Shown here: one piece after another, positions 21,391 to 31,985 of the stretch
How the letters are laid out: each line of letters opens with the position of its first letter
How positions within the stretch are numbered: the first letter of the stretch is position 1
Assembly (NCBI GenBank): GCA_963695875.1
Contig: CAVOID010000003.1
Span: forward strand, 352,001-416,000
DNA: 64,000 bases
Direction: 5' to 3'
From: an uncultured delta proteobacterium
Lineage (GTDB): Bacteria; Desulfobacterota; Syntrophia; Syntrophales; UBA2185
Translations under genes and position numbers: made by a program
Notes under the pieces: model-generated
The model's input: only the letters and a program-made list of their open reading frames with translations
Databases searched by the model: none
What the model was told of the DNA's origin: nothing

Positions 21391-21451
21391 CAGATTATCA
21401 ACTCAAAAGTATGCATGAACCGGATGAACCTCATTGACGGATTCGTAAAAA

Positions 21452-21561
21452 GTGAAGCTCCCCGCCCACAGGGCGGGACTTCCCGGAAAGGAAACTATGC
21501 TTACATTGCACCCCTTATCCCCGCCTACAGGGCGGGGCTTGCGGGATGTGCTCCCGGTCAA
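21452..21561 (+). mobile_element. Palindromic MITE related to 7016-7126
   Basis: Two CCCCGCC-ACA-GGGCGGG hairpins; ends in TCAA. Confidence 0.7.
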
Positions 21562-21575
21562 AATATGCGTAATTT

Positions 21576-21656
21576 TGTCATTCCCGTGAAAACGGGAATC
21601 CAGTATTATTGAAGAGTTTTATCTATTCCTAGATTCCCGCCTACGCGGGAATGACA
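21576..21656. repeat. REP-like palindrome GTCATTCCCG...CGGGAATGAC
   Basis: tgtcattcccgtgaaaacgggaatccag...ctagattcccgcctacgcgggaatgaca. Confidence 0.8.
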
Positions 21657-21727
21657 GACTTTTTACGAGTTTGTCATCATTTATTCATGAAGGAAAAACG
21701 GAAAAGGTCATTTACAGGCGAGATGCT

Positions 21728-23673
21728 ATGGGACTCATATGGATCAATGAGGTTTCGGTCAGCTTCGGCGGGCCGCGACTGCTGGACGGCGTTACGCTCC
21801 AGATCGAGGCAGGCGAAAGGATCGGACTCCTGGGCCGGAACGGCTCGGGCAAGTCCACCCTCATGAAATTGCTCATGGGCGATATCACCCCGGATACCGG
21901 CGGGATCATCCGAAGCGGTGAGGTCAGAATCGCCATGTTGCCCCAGGATATTCCCGACGACCTGCCGGGGACGGTCTATGATGTTGTGGCCTCCGGCGGC
22001 CCGGAACACCTGGAGCTGCTCCGGGAATACCACGATCTCACCCTGCAGATGGCCCGGAGCGGCGATGACGGCCTGCTGAAAAAGCTCGAACGGGCTCAGC
22101 ACCGGCTGGAAACATCCGGCTCCTGGCTTTATCATCAGCGGGTGGAAACAGTGATCGCCAGGACCGACCTGGATGAGAATGCCGAGTTCCGGTTTCTGTC
22201 GGCGGGGACAAAACGCCGGGTTTTTCTGGCCAAGGCCCTGGTGAACGACCCGGACCTCCTGCTCCTGGACGAGCCCACAAACCATCTGGATATCAACGCC
22301 ATCCTCTGGATCGAGGAGTTCCTCCTGAAGTTCGAAAAGACCCTCATGTTCGTGACCCATGACCGGGCGTTTCTCCAGCGACTGGCGACACGCATCGTGG
22401 AAATCGACCGGGGCCGCCTGATGTCGTATCCCTGCGATTACGGCTACGTACCTCGAACGCCGGCAGGCCGTGCTGGAGGCGCAAGAGAAGCAGTGGCAGG
22501 AATTTGACAAGAAACTGGCCAGGGAAGAGACCTGGGTTCGGCAAGGGATCAAGGCCCGTCGCACACGGAACGAGGGACGGGTGCGGGCGCTGGTGCAGAT
22601 GCGTCAGGAGCGGGCACACAGGCAGGAGCAGGCGGGCAATGTCCGGCTGACGATCCAGGAGGCGGAGCGCAGCGGTAAATTGGTTGCGGAAGCGGAAAAG
22701 ATCAGCTTCGCCTTCGACGATAAAAAGATCATGGAAGGGTTCTCCACCGTTATCATCCGCGGCGATAAGGTGGGCATTATCGGGCCCAACGGCTCCGGCA
22801 AGACCACGCTCCTCAATATCCTTCTCGGCAACCTTGAACCGCAGCAGGGCAGGGTCCGCCTGGGGACCGGAGTCCGGATCGCCTACTTTGATCAGCTCCG
22901 CGCCCAGCTCGATGAAAACAGGACACTGAAGGATACTATCGCCGACGGCAACGACATGGTCATCGTAAACGGCGTCTCGCGGCATATCGTGGGTTATCTC
23001 CAGGATTTCCTTTTCCCACCGGCACAGATCCTGTCACCGGTCAGCTCTCTCTCGGGCGGTGAACGCAACCGCCTCCTTCTGGCGAAGCTCTTCATCCTCC
23101 CCTCCAATGTCCTGGTCCTGGATGAGCCTACCAACGACCTCGATGTCGAAACGCTCGAACTCCTCGAAGACCGGCTCCTGGAATACAGCGGCACGATCCT
23201 CCTGGTCAGTCATGACCGGGCGTTCCTCAATAACGTGGTGACCTCGACGATTGTCTTCGAAGGTGACGGGCGACTTCAGGAATACGTCGGCGGTTATGAC
23301 GACTGGCTCCGGCAGCGGACGGTGCGGGATGAGCCGCTCCCGACGGCGCCGAAGGAACAGAAACAGAAGAAGGACAGACCCCCGAAAGAGAAGCAGAAGC
23401 TGTCCTATAAAGAGACACGGGAGATGGAGGCGTTGCCGCAGAAAATCGAAGCACTGGAGGAGGAGAAGCGGCGCCTGATGGAGACCCTGAATTCTCCCGC
23501 ATTCTATGTCGGCAGAGACGCGGTTGAAATAAACAAGGCCTATGACCGTCTTGGAGGTACTGGAAGAGGAACTGGATGAGGCCTACGGGCGCTGGAATGA
23601 ACTGGAGAACCAAGCGGCGAAATTGAAGCTCTCCGCAGCAAGCTGCGAAGAATCTCCGATCCTCAAGGAATAA
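21728..23673 (+). CDS. uup: ABC-F ATPase, Uup-like; two apparent frameshifts
   Basis: Two ABC cassettes (GRNGSGKS, LDEPTNHLD; GPNGSGKT, LSGGERNRL), GIKARRTRNEGRVRAL linker, C-terminal coiled coil KLSYKE; visibly GC-rich. Confidence 0.9.
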
Positions 23674-23740
23674 TAATATTCCCCATTCGCTCGCTTACCC
23701 CGCGGCGAGCCACGGGGAATGCGCTCGCTACCGGATTCAG
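23623..23740 (+). mobile_element. Palindromic MITE copy 2, inserted in the last codons of uup
   Basis: Near-identical to 21274-21390. Confidence 0.8.
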
Positions 23741-23771
23741 TGGCGAGCCGGGGTGATGGAGGGAATCCTGA

Positions 23772-24023
23772 ATGAGCGAATCATGGATGACCTATCTCCT
23801 TCTTTGCGCCGACGGGAAGTTATACTGCGGCACCACCAACGATATCGAAAAGAGGCTGGATGCCCACAACCGGGGGATTGCGTCCAGATATACCCGGGCG
23901 CGGCTGCCCGTGACGCTGCTGGCGACAGGCAGGCCCATGGAAAAGGCAGAGGCCTTCCGCCTGGAATGCAGGATCAAGCGGCTCCCGAGAGAAAAGAAAC
24001 TGGCGGCGCTGAAAGAAGGCTAG
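23772..24023 (+). CDS. Small GIY-YIG nuclease (YhbQ/UPF0213-like)
   Basis: YLLLCADGKLYCGTTND..RL..HN.G..SRYTR, E..IK.L.R..K. Confidence 0.9.
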   Translation: MSESWMTYLLLCADGKLYCGTTNDIEKRLDAHNRGIASRYTRARLPVTLLATGRPMEKAEAFRLECRIKRLPREKKLAALKEG

Positions 24024-24089
24024 CTAAACGGGTCAAGACAACTGCCCCCTTTTTCCCTTTCTGGTTTGTGCGAGATAGGACATTCACTG

Positions 24090-24337
24090 CAGGGGTGCGT
24101 CTTCCCGTAATGGGTGCAGGGCTCAAGATTTACATAGATTGTCGCACCCTCTATTGTTTCAGTAGCATGATTGATGGCATTGATTTCGGCGTGGTTGTCT
24201 CCGAAATTTTGATGATACCCCTCTCCGATTATCCGGTTTTTCTTCACGATGACGACTCCCACCATGGGGTTAGGACTGACCCATGCTTCTCCCTTTTTTG
24301 CCAGCTTGAGGGCACGCCTCATGAAGAATTCGTCCAT
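24090..24337 (-). pseudogene. ribD: Truncated second copy of the ribD 5' end (about 82 codons)
   Basis: MDEFFMRRALKLAKKGEAWVSPNPMVG...LEPCTHYGKT, then homology stops; highly similar to 17955-18203. Confidence 0.9.
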
Positions 24338-24547
24338 AGTGACACAATCTCCAATCGATGAATATACTGCACCTTATACCATGCCTGTCACGGATGCAAA
24401 GGGTGAATCGCAAAAGAATGTTTCTGTTGTTGAGTGGATTTTTATGTGATATAGGGAACGCGGTCGCTGTCAGTTGCAGGCTTACTATTATTGTTTCAAT
24501 GGGTTGAACGGGCAACACACCCGTCCAACCAAAAAGGAGAAAGAGGA

Positions 24548-25276
24548 ATGAAGGGCGTCGTTTTAGCGGGAGGTTTGGGCAGCCGGATGTATCCCCTCAC
24601 AAAGGTTACGAATAAGCACCTCCTTCCTATTTACAATGAACCTATGATCTACTATCCCATAAAGACATTAGTGAATGCCGGCATTGATGAGATCCTGATT
24701 GTTACGGGCGGGAATAATGCCGGTGAATTTCTCAGGCTGCTTGGAAACGGTAGTGAATTCGGTCTCAAACATCTCAATTATACCTATCAGGAGGGTGAGG
24801 GTGGTATCGCAGCAGCACTGAATCTTGCGGAGCACTTTGCCGACAACGGGAAGATTGTTGTTGTTTTAGGAGATAATATTATTGAGAAGAACATCGGGAA
24901 AGCCGTTGAATGTTTTAGAAGGCAGAAGGAAGGGGCAAGAATGATTCTGAAAGAAGTGCCTGACCCCCAGAGATTCGGCGTTCCCGTTTTTGATGGAGAC
25001 CATATTATCCGTGTTGAAGAAAAACCGGCCAAACCTGCGTCGCACTATGCCGTTATCGGTATTTACATGTATGACAGAAGAGTTTTTGATTTTATCAAAA
25101 CCCTTAAGCCATCCCAAAGGGGGGAACTGGAGATTACCGACGTTAATAATTTTTATATCAATGAAGGGAAAATGGATTGGGATATCCTTGACGGCTGGTG
25201 GAGCGACGCGGGTACGTTTGAATCCCTCCAGTATGCAGGAAATATGGTGGCGAAGACGGGAGCGAACAAGTTATGA
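24548..25276 (+). CDS. rmlA: Glucose-1-phosphate thymidylyltransferase (short RmlA/SpsI type)
   Basis: VLAGGLGSR, NKHLLPIY, RGELEITD, WSDAGT. Confidence 0.88.
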   Translation: MKGVVLAGGLGSRMYPLTKVTNKHLLPIYNEPMIYYPIKTLVNAGIDEILIVTGGNNAGEFLRLLGNGSEFGLKHLNYTYQEGEGGIAAALNLAEHFADNGKIVVVLGDNIIEKNIGKAVECFRRQKEGARMILKEVPDPQRFGVPVFDGDHIIRVEEKPAKPASHYAVIGIYMYDRRVFDFIKTLKPSQRGELEITDVNNFYINEGKMDWDILDGWWSDAGTFESLQYAGNMVAKTGANKL

Positions 25277-25728
25277 TTAAAGGAGTCATGGTCAAAAAGC
25301 TGAAGGTCATACCGGATGAGCGGGGCAGATTGATGGAGATACTGCGTGTTGATGACGAGATGTATAAAGGATTCGGCCAGGTATATATGACAACCGCTTA
25401 CCCGGGAGTAGTGAAGGGCTGGCATTATCATAAAAAGCAGTTCGACAATATGGCTGTTGTGAAGGGTATGATGAAGATAGTTCTTTATGACGGCAGACCG
25501 GATTCGTCAACATACGGTGAAATAAATGAATTCTTTGCAGGTGAGTATAACCCTGTCCTGGTGCACATTCCACCCTACGTTTATCACGGGTTCAAGTGCA
25601 TTTCCAGGGAAGAAGCAGTGGTTGTCAATACCCCTACGGAAGTATACAACTATATGGAGCCGGACGAATTTAGGGTCCATCCGCATGATAACGATATACC
25701 TTATGAATGGGACCGGAAAGACGGCTGA
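25273..25728 (+). CDS. rmlC: dTDP-4-dehydrorhamnose 3,5-epimerase family cupin
   Basis: DERGRLME, VKGWHYH, HGFK; overlaps rmlA. Confidence 0.85.
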   Translation: MIKGVMVKKLKVIPDERGRLMEILRVDDEMYKGFGQVYMTTAYPGVVKGWHYHKKQFDNMAVVKGMMKIVLYDGRPDSSTYGEINEFFAGEYNPVLVHIPPYVYHGFKCISREEAVVVNTPTEVYNYMEPDEFRVHPHDNDIPYEWDRKDG

Positions 25729-25770
25729 TGGCAGTGCAACTTATGAGACAATAGTGTAGATAAGGTTTTC

Positions 25771-26538
25771 ATGGACTTATTCTGGGGGATTTTTTTGACT
25801 GTTGCTGGCGCTGCCATTGGGAGTTTTCTCAATGTCTTAATCTATCGAATTCCCGAAGGTCAATCCATCATCTTTCCATCTTCCCGCTGCCCGAAATGCA
25901 TGCACAGCATCAGGTTTTACGATAACATTCCCATAATCAGTTACCTTGTTTTAAGAGGAAGGTGCAGGGACTGCCAGGAAAAGATTTCTCTAAGGTATCC
26001 CTTTGTGGAAGCGATTACGGCCCTTCTATCAATGTTCTTATTCTGGAAATTCGGTCTCAGCACTACATACCTCTTTTCGTTTATATTTACATGTGCATTG
26101 ATTGTCATCACATTCATTGACCTCGATCACCAGATTATCCCTGATGTTATTACACTGCCGGGGATACCCATTTTTTTTCTGATTGCAATTTTCTTTATGG
26201 ATATTCCCTTCATGGAGGCGCTCCTGGGGACTCTAATCGGCGGCGGATGCCTCTTTGCCATTGCTTTCATATATGAACGCATAACAAAGAGAGAAGGAAT
26301 GGGTGGAGGGGATATCAAACTGTTGGCTATGCTCGGAGCTTTTTTAGGATGGAAATCATTGTTTTTTATTCTGTTTGTCAGCTCTTTGTTGGGTGCTGTT
26401 GTCGGTATTTCAGTGATGATAGTCAGGGGGAAGGACATGAAATATGCAGTACCTTTCGGCCCGTTTTTATCCATCGCTGCCGTTGCCTATCTCTTTGTGG
26501 GCATTGATGTTATGAATTTCCTATATTTCCGCTATTGA
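25771..26538 (+). CDS. pilD: Prepilin peptidase
   Basis: GSFLNVLIYRIP, CPKC/CRDC, GMGGGDIKL, PFGPFL. Confidence 0.95.
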   Translation: MDLFWGIFLTVAGAAIGSFLNVLIYRIPEGQSIIFPSSRCPKCMHSIRFYDNIPIISYLVLRGRCRDCQEKISLRYPFVEAITALLSMFLFWKFGLSTTYLFSFIFTCALIVITFIDLDHQIIPDVITLPGIPIFFLIAIFFMDIPFMEALLGTLIGGGCLFAIAFIYERITKREGMGGGDIKLLAMLGAFLGWKSLFFILFVSSLLGAVVGISVMIVRGKDMKYAVPFGPFLSIAAVAYLFVGIDVMNFLYFRY

Positions 26539-26592
26539 TGACTTCGTAAAAATCCGTATGCTGCGTTCCAGTTCATTTTTCATCAAAATGTC

Positions 26593-26621
26593 TTGACTTC
26601 AAATTCGTATAAATATACTGT
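26593..26621 (+). promoter_or_regulatory. Sigma70-like promoter
   Basis: TTGACT-17 nt-TACTGT. Confidence 0.55.
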
Positions 26622-26627
26622 ACCACG

Positions 26628-26956
26628 CAATCCAAGCGGTGAATCGGGGTAGATAGTTAACTATCACGGTAGCATGGATCAAATACTGTTCAATCTGCTC
26701 ATGGAGAGACAACTGTCAGAAAAGGTCCAATGTTTCTATTAATTCCCCAGGACATGTTCATTGTCCGCAAGGTATGAGAGGTCTTGCCATCAAGGACAAA
26801 GACATTGATGAGGTAGAAAAAAGTCACTGAGTGGATCGTAATTGCAGAAGGGAGTGAATGGCCTGTATATGTATGGCAATTCGTAACCTGCTCGCTAATT
26901 GGCTTTTAAATCCTGTTACGTAAATACTGAGGTTGGCCATATGGCCAACTTTTTTT
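26628..26956 (+). ncRNA. Candidate ~330-nt non-coding RNA or argS leader
   Basis: Promoter upstream, strong terminator at the end, no ORF of 60 aa or more, several inverted repeats. Confidence 0.4.
26931..26956 (+). terminator. Intrinsic terminator
   Basis: GGTTGGCC-ATAT-GGCCAACT followed by a T run. Confidence 0.8.
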
Positions 26957-27054
26957 AATAGTACGAACCATCTTTTTTGTCCATTGTTACACTTGTGTTA
27001 AAGGGAAGTTTGGATGATGACGTATTTTCCTCAAGATGGTCAATGCGAGGATGA

Positions 27055-28725
27055 ATGAAGCACAGATTGCAAATTTTATTGGGAAACGCCGTAAAAGCCT
27101 GTCTTGATAAAGGGTTAATAGAGGCAGAAGTGATTCCCTCAATAGAAATTGACATACCTAAAGATGCAACTCACGGTGACTATGCCTCCAATGCGGCGAT
27201 GGTCCTGGCGTCCCGTGCAAGGACGAAATTGCCTCCCCGCAGGATTGCAGAGTTCATTACTGAAAATATCCGGGATAGTGAAGATTTTCTTGAAAGGGTT
27301 GAGGTTGCAGGTCCCGGGTTTATGAACTTTTTTATAAAAGAAAATGTGTGGGCTACTTTTCTTGAAGATGTCGACAAACTGGGGGATCGTTACGGTGCTT
27401 CCGAGTATGGAAGAGGTGAAAAGACCCATATTGAATTTGTGAGTGCCAATCCCACAGGGCCTCTTCATATAGGCCATGCCCGGGGAGCTGTTGTTGGTGA
27501 TGTAATTACGAACATTCTGGCGGCATCAGGGTTTGCAGTTTTTCGTGAGTATTATATCAATGACGCGGGCAACCAGATGAATAACCTGGGGAAGTCTGTC
27601 CTGTTCCGCTATCTAAATCTCCTGGGTGAAGATATTGAGTTTCCTGAAGGTTGTTATCAGGGGGACTACATCAAAGATCTGGCCAGAGAGATTATTGATA
27701 AAGAGGGAAACATCTATCGTGCGAAGAATAAGGAAGAAGTCCTTCGCATTTTTACCGATTATGCTGCAAATGCAATTCTGAATGAAATCAAGGAGGATTT
27801 GAAATCCTTTGGTGTAGTTTTTGATAATTACTTCAGCGAGAGAAATCTTTATGAGGACGATCAAGTAGGGAAGTTGCTTACTGAACTTGAGGAAAAGCAA
27901 TTCATATATCGTGATGGGGAAACCATCTGGTTTAAAACTAGCGATTTTGGAGATGAAAAAGACAGGGTTGTTGTCAGGAAGAATGGAGAACCAACCTATT
28001 TTGCTGCTGACATAGCCTACCATCAGAATAAGTACGTTCGCGGTTTTGATACGCTTATAGATATATGGGGGGCAGATCATCACGGGTACATACCCCGGAT
28101 GGTCGCGTGTGTTGAAGCTCTTGGCTACAAAAAAGATTCTCTAAAAATTGTTCTGGTTCAGCTCGTGAATCTCCTGCGGGATGGGAAACCTGTCCCTATG
28201 TCTACACGTACCGGTGAATTTGTTACGCTAAAGGAAGTGGTGGATGAAGTGGGAAAAGACGCGGCAAGATACAATTTTCTCATGAGAAGGTCAGATAGCC
28301 ACCTTGATTTCGACCTGGAGCTGGCAAAAAGGCAATCAAATGAGAATCCTGTCTATTATGTGCAGTATGCCCATGCAAGGATATGCAGCATCTTGCGAAA
28401 CGCCGATGAACAGAAGCAAAAAATCCCTAGGTATGATGAGGTGGATTTGCACCATCTGAAACTTCCTGAGGAGGTTAATTTGATTAAGGCCGTCACCAGG
28501 TTTCCTGAGGTAATTGAAGGTGCTGCACTGGCCTTGGAACCTCACCGTCTGACCTTTTACCTCAATGATCTTGCGGCGCTTTTTCATAGTTACTACAACA
28601 AATACAGAGTGTTATCTGATGATGAGGGGCTGAGCAGGGCCAGGCTTTTTTTGATAAAATCCATTCTTACCGTGTTGAAAAATGCCTTAAGATTACTGGG
28701 TGTCTCAGCACCAGAGCGAATGTAG
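27055..28725 (+). CDS. argS: Arginine--tRNA ligase
   Basis: [36 protein letters not shown]. Confidence 0.98.
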   Translation: MKHRLQILLGNAVKACLDKGLIEAEVIPSIEIDIPKDATHGDYASNAAMVLASRARTKLPPRRIAEFITENIRDSEDFLERVEVAGPGFMNFFIKENVWATFLEDVDKLGDRYGASEYGRGEKTHIEFVSANPTGPLHIGHARGAVVGDVITNILAASGFAVFREYYINDAGNQMNNLGKSVLFRYLNLLGEDIEFPEGCYQGDYIKDLAREIIDKEGNIYRAKNKEEVLRIFTDYAANAILNEIKEDLKSFGVVFDNYFSERNLYEDDQVGKLLTELEEKQFIYRDGETIWFKTSDFGDEKDRVVVRKNGEPTYFAADIAYHQNKYVRGFDTLIDIWGADHHGYIPRMVACVEALGYKKDSLKIVLVQLVNLLRDGKPVPMSTRTGEFVTLKEVVDEVGKDAARYNFLMRRSDSHLDFDLELAKRQSNENPVYYVQYAHARICSILRNADEQKQKIPRYDEVDLHHLKLPEEVNLIKAVTRFPEVIEGAALALEPHRLTFYLNDLAALFHSYYNKYRVLSDDEGLSRARLFLIKSILTVLKNALRLLGVSAPERM

Positions 28726-28743
28726 GTATAAAAGAAGAAATAA

Positions 28744-29409
28744 ATGACATCTAAGAATGTTCACACATTTGAACTCAAGCTGGGTAAAAGGGCATTGATC
28801 CTGTTCATCATAGGGATATCCTGTTTGCTTTTTTTAGTTTTTCTTTTTGGTGTGACGATCGGTAAAAATATTGATACCTACCCTGAAAAGTTTGCACGTG
28901 GTATTCCGGGCATGATTAAAGAAAAACTCGGCTGGACGTCAAACAAGACAGAAACGGCTGAGACTGTTAGTGAGCCGTCGAAGGAATACGCAAAGGCAGT
29001 GGGTGATGAGAAAGTTGCGGAAGAAAAAAATATAACAGGATCTGTCGTGACTGACAAAAAACAGCCTGCGATTCAGGCCCTGGTATCAACACAAGAAAAA
29101 AAGCCGACTTTATCGTCTGCCGCCGAACAGGCTAAAATAAAACCACCTCACGTGGATGAAAAATATCTGATTAACGTTGTTTCTTTTAAAGAAAAAGGTA
29201 AGGCCGACCATCTATGTAAGAAACTGACAGACCTTGGGTTTACACCCAGGATAACCGAAGTAGAGTTGCATGAAAAGGGGAAGTGGTTTCGTGTTACCCT
29301 AGAAGGTTTCGATAGCCGGGAACAGGCCCAAAAAGTGGTAGATACTGTGAAGAAAAAGATTAAAGGACTGGACTGTGCAGTTCATAAAATGGGAGTAAGA
29401 AATAACTAA
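28744..29409 (+). CDS. SPOR-domain membrane protein (FtsN/DedD-like)
   Basis: N-terminal TM helix; C-terminal YLINVVSF...KWFRV..GF.SREQA. Confidence 0.8.
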   Translation: MTSKNVHTFELKLGKRALILFIIGISCLLFLVFLFGVTIGKNIDTYPEKFARGIPGMIKEKLGWTSNKTETAETVSEPSKEYAKAVGDEKVAEEKNITGSVVTDKKQPAIQALVSTQEKKPTLSSAAEQAKIKPPHVDEKYLINVVSFKEKGKADHLCKKLTDLGFTPRITEVELHEKGKWFRVTLEGFDSREQAQKVVDTVKKKIKGLDCAVHKMGVRNN

Positions 29410-29437
29410 GATCAATGAATGCTATGATTGGTGAATC

Positions 29438-30775
29438 ATGTTTGAAACTTTGACGGGAAGACTCGAAGATGTATTTAAAAAACTCAAGCGCAGAGGCCGC
29501 CTTGATGAAGAAAATATTTCTTCTGCCTTGAAAGAGATACGCATGGTCCTTCTCGAAGCGGATGTCAATTTTAAGGTTGTTAAGGACTTCATAGAGGAAA
29601 TCAGGGTCCGGGCAGTTGGTCGGGAGGTTTTGGAAAGTATTACGCCCGGTCAACAGGTTGTGAAGATCGTCCATGACAGGCTTGTAGATTTACTGGGCGG
29701 GAAGAGCAGCCAGCTGAAGCTTGCCAATCGGTTTCCTGCCCCCTTAATGCTGGTCGGTCTTCAGGGATGCGGCAAGACTACGACGGCAGTAAAACTTGCA
29801 CAGTTTCTCGTCAATCAGGGCAAGAGGGTCTACCTCGTCTCCTCAGACGTTTACAGGCCGGCAGCCATTCATCAGTTGAGAGTGCTTGGAGAAAAGATAA
29901 AAGGTGTGGGAATCTATACTTCCGTTAATGTACATGATCCGGTCAGAATGTGCGTCCAGGCAGTTGATGAGGCAAGGAGCAGCGGCTATGAAGTGGTTAT
30001 CATTGATACTGCCGGGAGGCTTCATATAGATAATGAAATGATGGACGAACTGAAACGGATCAAGGGTGCAGTCAATCCATCGGAGATTCTTTTTGTTGCA
30101 GATGCCATGACGGGCCAGGACGCTGTGAATGTAGCGGGTAAATTCAATGAACTTCTTGGCATTGATGGTGTTATTATGACCAAGATGGATGGGGATGCGA
30201 GGGGCGGTGCAGCACTTTCCCTGAAAGCAGTTATCGGTAAACCCATCAAGTTCATAGGTGTCGGTGAAAAAATGGATGCTTTGGAGGTTTGTCATCCAGA
30301 ACGTCTGGCTTCACGGATTTTAGGTATGGGTGATATCCTGACCTTTGTGGAAAAAGCACAGGCTACAGTCGACGAAAAGCAGGCACGTGAGCTAGAAAAG
30401 AAAATCAGGAAAAATGAATTCACCCTTGATGATTTTCGGGACCAATTGAAGCAGATCAGGTCGATGGGCTCTATTCAAGATATTGTCGGGATGATTCCAG
30501 GATTAGGAAAGCTCAAGGCACTGGCAAATGCGACACCTGATGAGAAGGAACTGGTAAAGACCGCTGCTATAATCGACTCTATGACAAGAAAAGAACGTCT
30601 GAACTATCTGATAATTGATGGTCAGAGGAGAAAAAGGATCGCCAGGGGAAGCGGAACGACGGTACAGGATGTTAACAGATTGCTGAAAAATTATGCGGAG
30701 ATGAGAAAAATAATGAAGAAGATGACAACCAAGGAAGGAATGAAATTATTACGCAGGGGTAATTTACCCTTTTAA
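29438..30775 (+). CDS. ffh: Signal recognition particle protein
   Basis: [25 protein letters not shown] domain. Confidence 0.98.
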   Translation: MFETLTGRLEDVFKKLKRRGRLDEENISSALKEIRMVLLEADVNFKVVKDFIEEIRVRAVGREVLESITPGQQVVKIVHDRLVDLLGGKSSQLKLANRFPAPLMLVGLQGCGKTTTAVKLAQFLVNQGKRVYLVSSDVYRPAAIHQLRVLGEKIKGVGIYTSVNVHDPVRMCVQAVDEARSSGYEVVIIDTAGRLHIDNEMMDELKRIKGAVNPSEILFVADAMTGQDAVNVAGKFNELLGIDGVIMTKMDGDARGGAALSLKAVIGKPIKFIGVGEKMDALEVCHPERLASRILGMGDILTFVEKAQATVDEKQARELEKKIRKNEFTLDDFRDQLKQIRSMGSIQDIVGMIPGLGKLKALANATPDEKELVKTAAIIDSMTRKERLNYLIIDGQRRKRIARGSGTTVQDVNRLLKNYAEMRKIMKKMTTKEGMKLLRRGNLPF

Positions 30776-30875
30776 TTAAAGATAAAAATAAATTATAATA
30801 AAAATTCATGCAGATTATGATAAGATCTTTTTATAATATATAACAATAATTTTCAGGAGGTGATTGTTAACAAGA

Positions 30876-31129
30876 ATGGCAGTAAAAATAAGGTTGGCGC
30901 GGCTTGGTGGAAAGAGCAGGCCCTTTTACAGAATTGTGGTAGCTGATTCCGAATCTCCCAGGGATGGCAGATTTTTGGAAATAGTTGGAAGCTATGATCC
31001 CCAATAAAAATCCGGCAGAAATTATCCTTGAAAGAGGAACGCGTAGTCGATTGGCTTTCCAAGGGAGCCATACCTACTTTGACGGTATCTCAGATGCTTG
31101 TGAAGAAAGGAATCGCAACGAGGACATAA
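30876..31129 (+). CDS. rpsP: 30S ribosomal protein S16 (one apparent indel)
   Basis: [42 protein letters not shown] read from the sequence. Confidence 0.92.
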
Positions 31130-31236
31130 TTGGCATAATTGGGGTCGCATGTTAAATTTTACATTGATGGTTTTACGGTTGAAGTCGATATTACTAATGG
31201 GTGTCACTGAATAAGTAATCAGTGGAGGTTGTGACG

Positions 31237-31467
31237 ATGAAAGAGTTGATCAAGTACATAGCTCAGTCTTTGGTTGATAACCCTGATTTAGTGGAGGTGT
31301 CCGAGGTGCTTGGCGAACAGACTTCTGTGATCGAACTGAGAGTTGCGAAAGAAGACCTGGGTAAAGTTATCGGCAAGCAGGGAAGAACCGCAAAAGCCAT
31401 GAGAACTATTTTGAGTGCGGCATCAACGAAACTTCGTAAGAGGGCTGTTTTAGAAATTATCGAATGA
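31237..31467 (+). CDS. khpA: KH-domain RNA-binding protein
   Basis: [17 protein letters not shown]; between rpsP and rimM. Confidence 0.92.
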   Translation: MKELIKYIAQSLVDNPDLVEVSEVLGEQTSVIELRVAKEDLGKVIGKQGRTAKAMRTILSAASTKLRKRAVLEIIE

Positions 31468-31472
31468 ACTCG

Positions 31473-31979
31473 ATGGAGTTCTTTGAAATTGGGAAGATCG
31501 TTAAACCCTGCGGTCTCAGGGGTCGAATGAAGGCGGTGTCTGTATCTTGAGTCGGATGGACACTACTTCAATCCCTTGATGAAGTATATGTAAGACAGGA
31601 AAGAGATGAACCAAGGGCCCTTCAAGCTGAAGGCTATCCGGTAGGAGAGAAAAATTTTTTTCGTGGACATTGAAGGCGTCGAAGATTGCGAAAAGTGCGA
31701 ATGCTTTTGCAGGCTGTCAGGTGCTGATCCCTGTAAATAAGCTAAAGAAATTGCCCGAAGACGAGTATTACTGGCGGGACATTATAGGTCTTAAGGTCGT
31801 TACGGAAGAGGGTCAAGTTCTCGGTGTAATTGAGTCTATATTTGCCCACGGGGAGTAATGATGTTTACGTCTGCCGCGGAGGAGAAAGGGAGATTCTGCT
31901 TCCCGGTATTGCCGATGTGATACGTAAGATTGATATTGAGCAGGGAATGATGGTTGTGAGACTGCTTGAAGGGTTATAG
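31473..31979 (+). CDS. rimM: 16S rRNA processing protein RimM (frameshifted)
   Basis: IGKIVKPCGLRG, LPEDEYYWRDIIGLKV; gene order. Confidence 0.85.
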
Positions 31980-31985
31980 AAGATC

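Larger units (their letters stand above)
19764..21430. mobile_element. Non-autonomous element bounded by 24-bp inverted repeats and carrying a PIN-like gene
   Basis: GGTTCATCCGGTTGATGCGTACTT at 19764-19787 matches the reverse complement of 21407-21430 at 22/24 positions. Confidence 0.65.
21435..21676. mobile_element. MITE with TGAC..TCGTAAAAAGT terminal inverted repeats, containing nested elements
   Basis: tgacggattcgtaaaaagt and actttttacgagtttgtca match at 16/19; TCAT on both flanks. Confidence 0.7.

Noticed and set aside
21274..21612. 112-aa ORF
   Set aside because: Made entirely of stacked MITE/REP sequence
21677..23613. Several long antisense ORFs over uup
   Set aside because: Expected in GC-rich coding DNA with few stops on the opposite strand
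26628..26956. T-box riboswitch for argS
   Set aside because: No GGTGGNACC T-box sequence before the terminator
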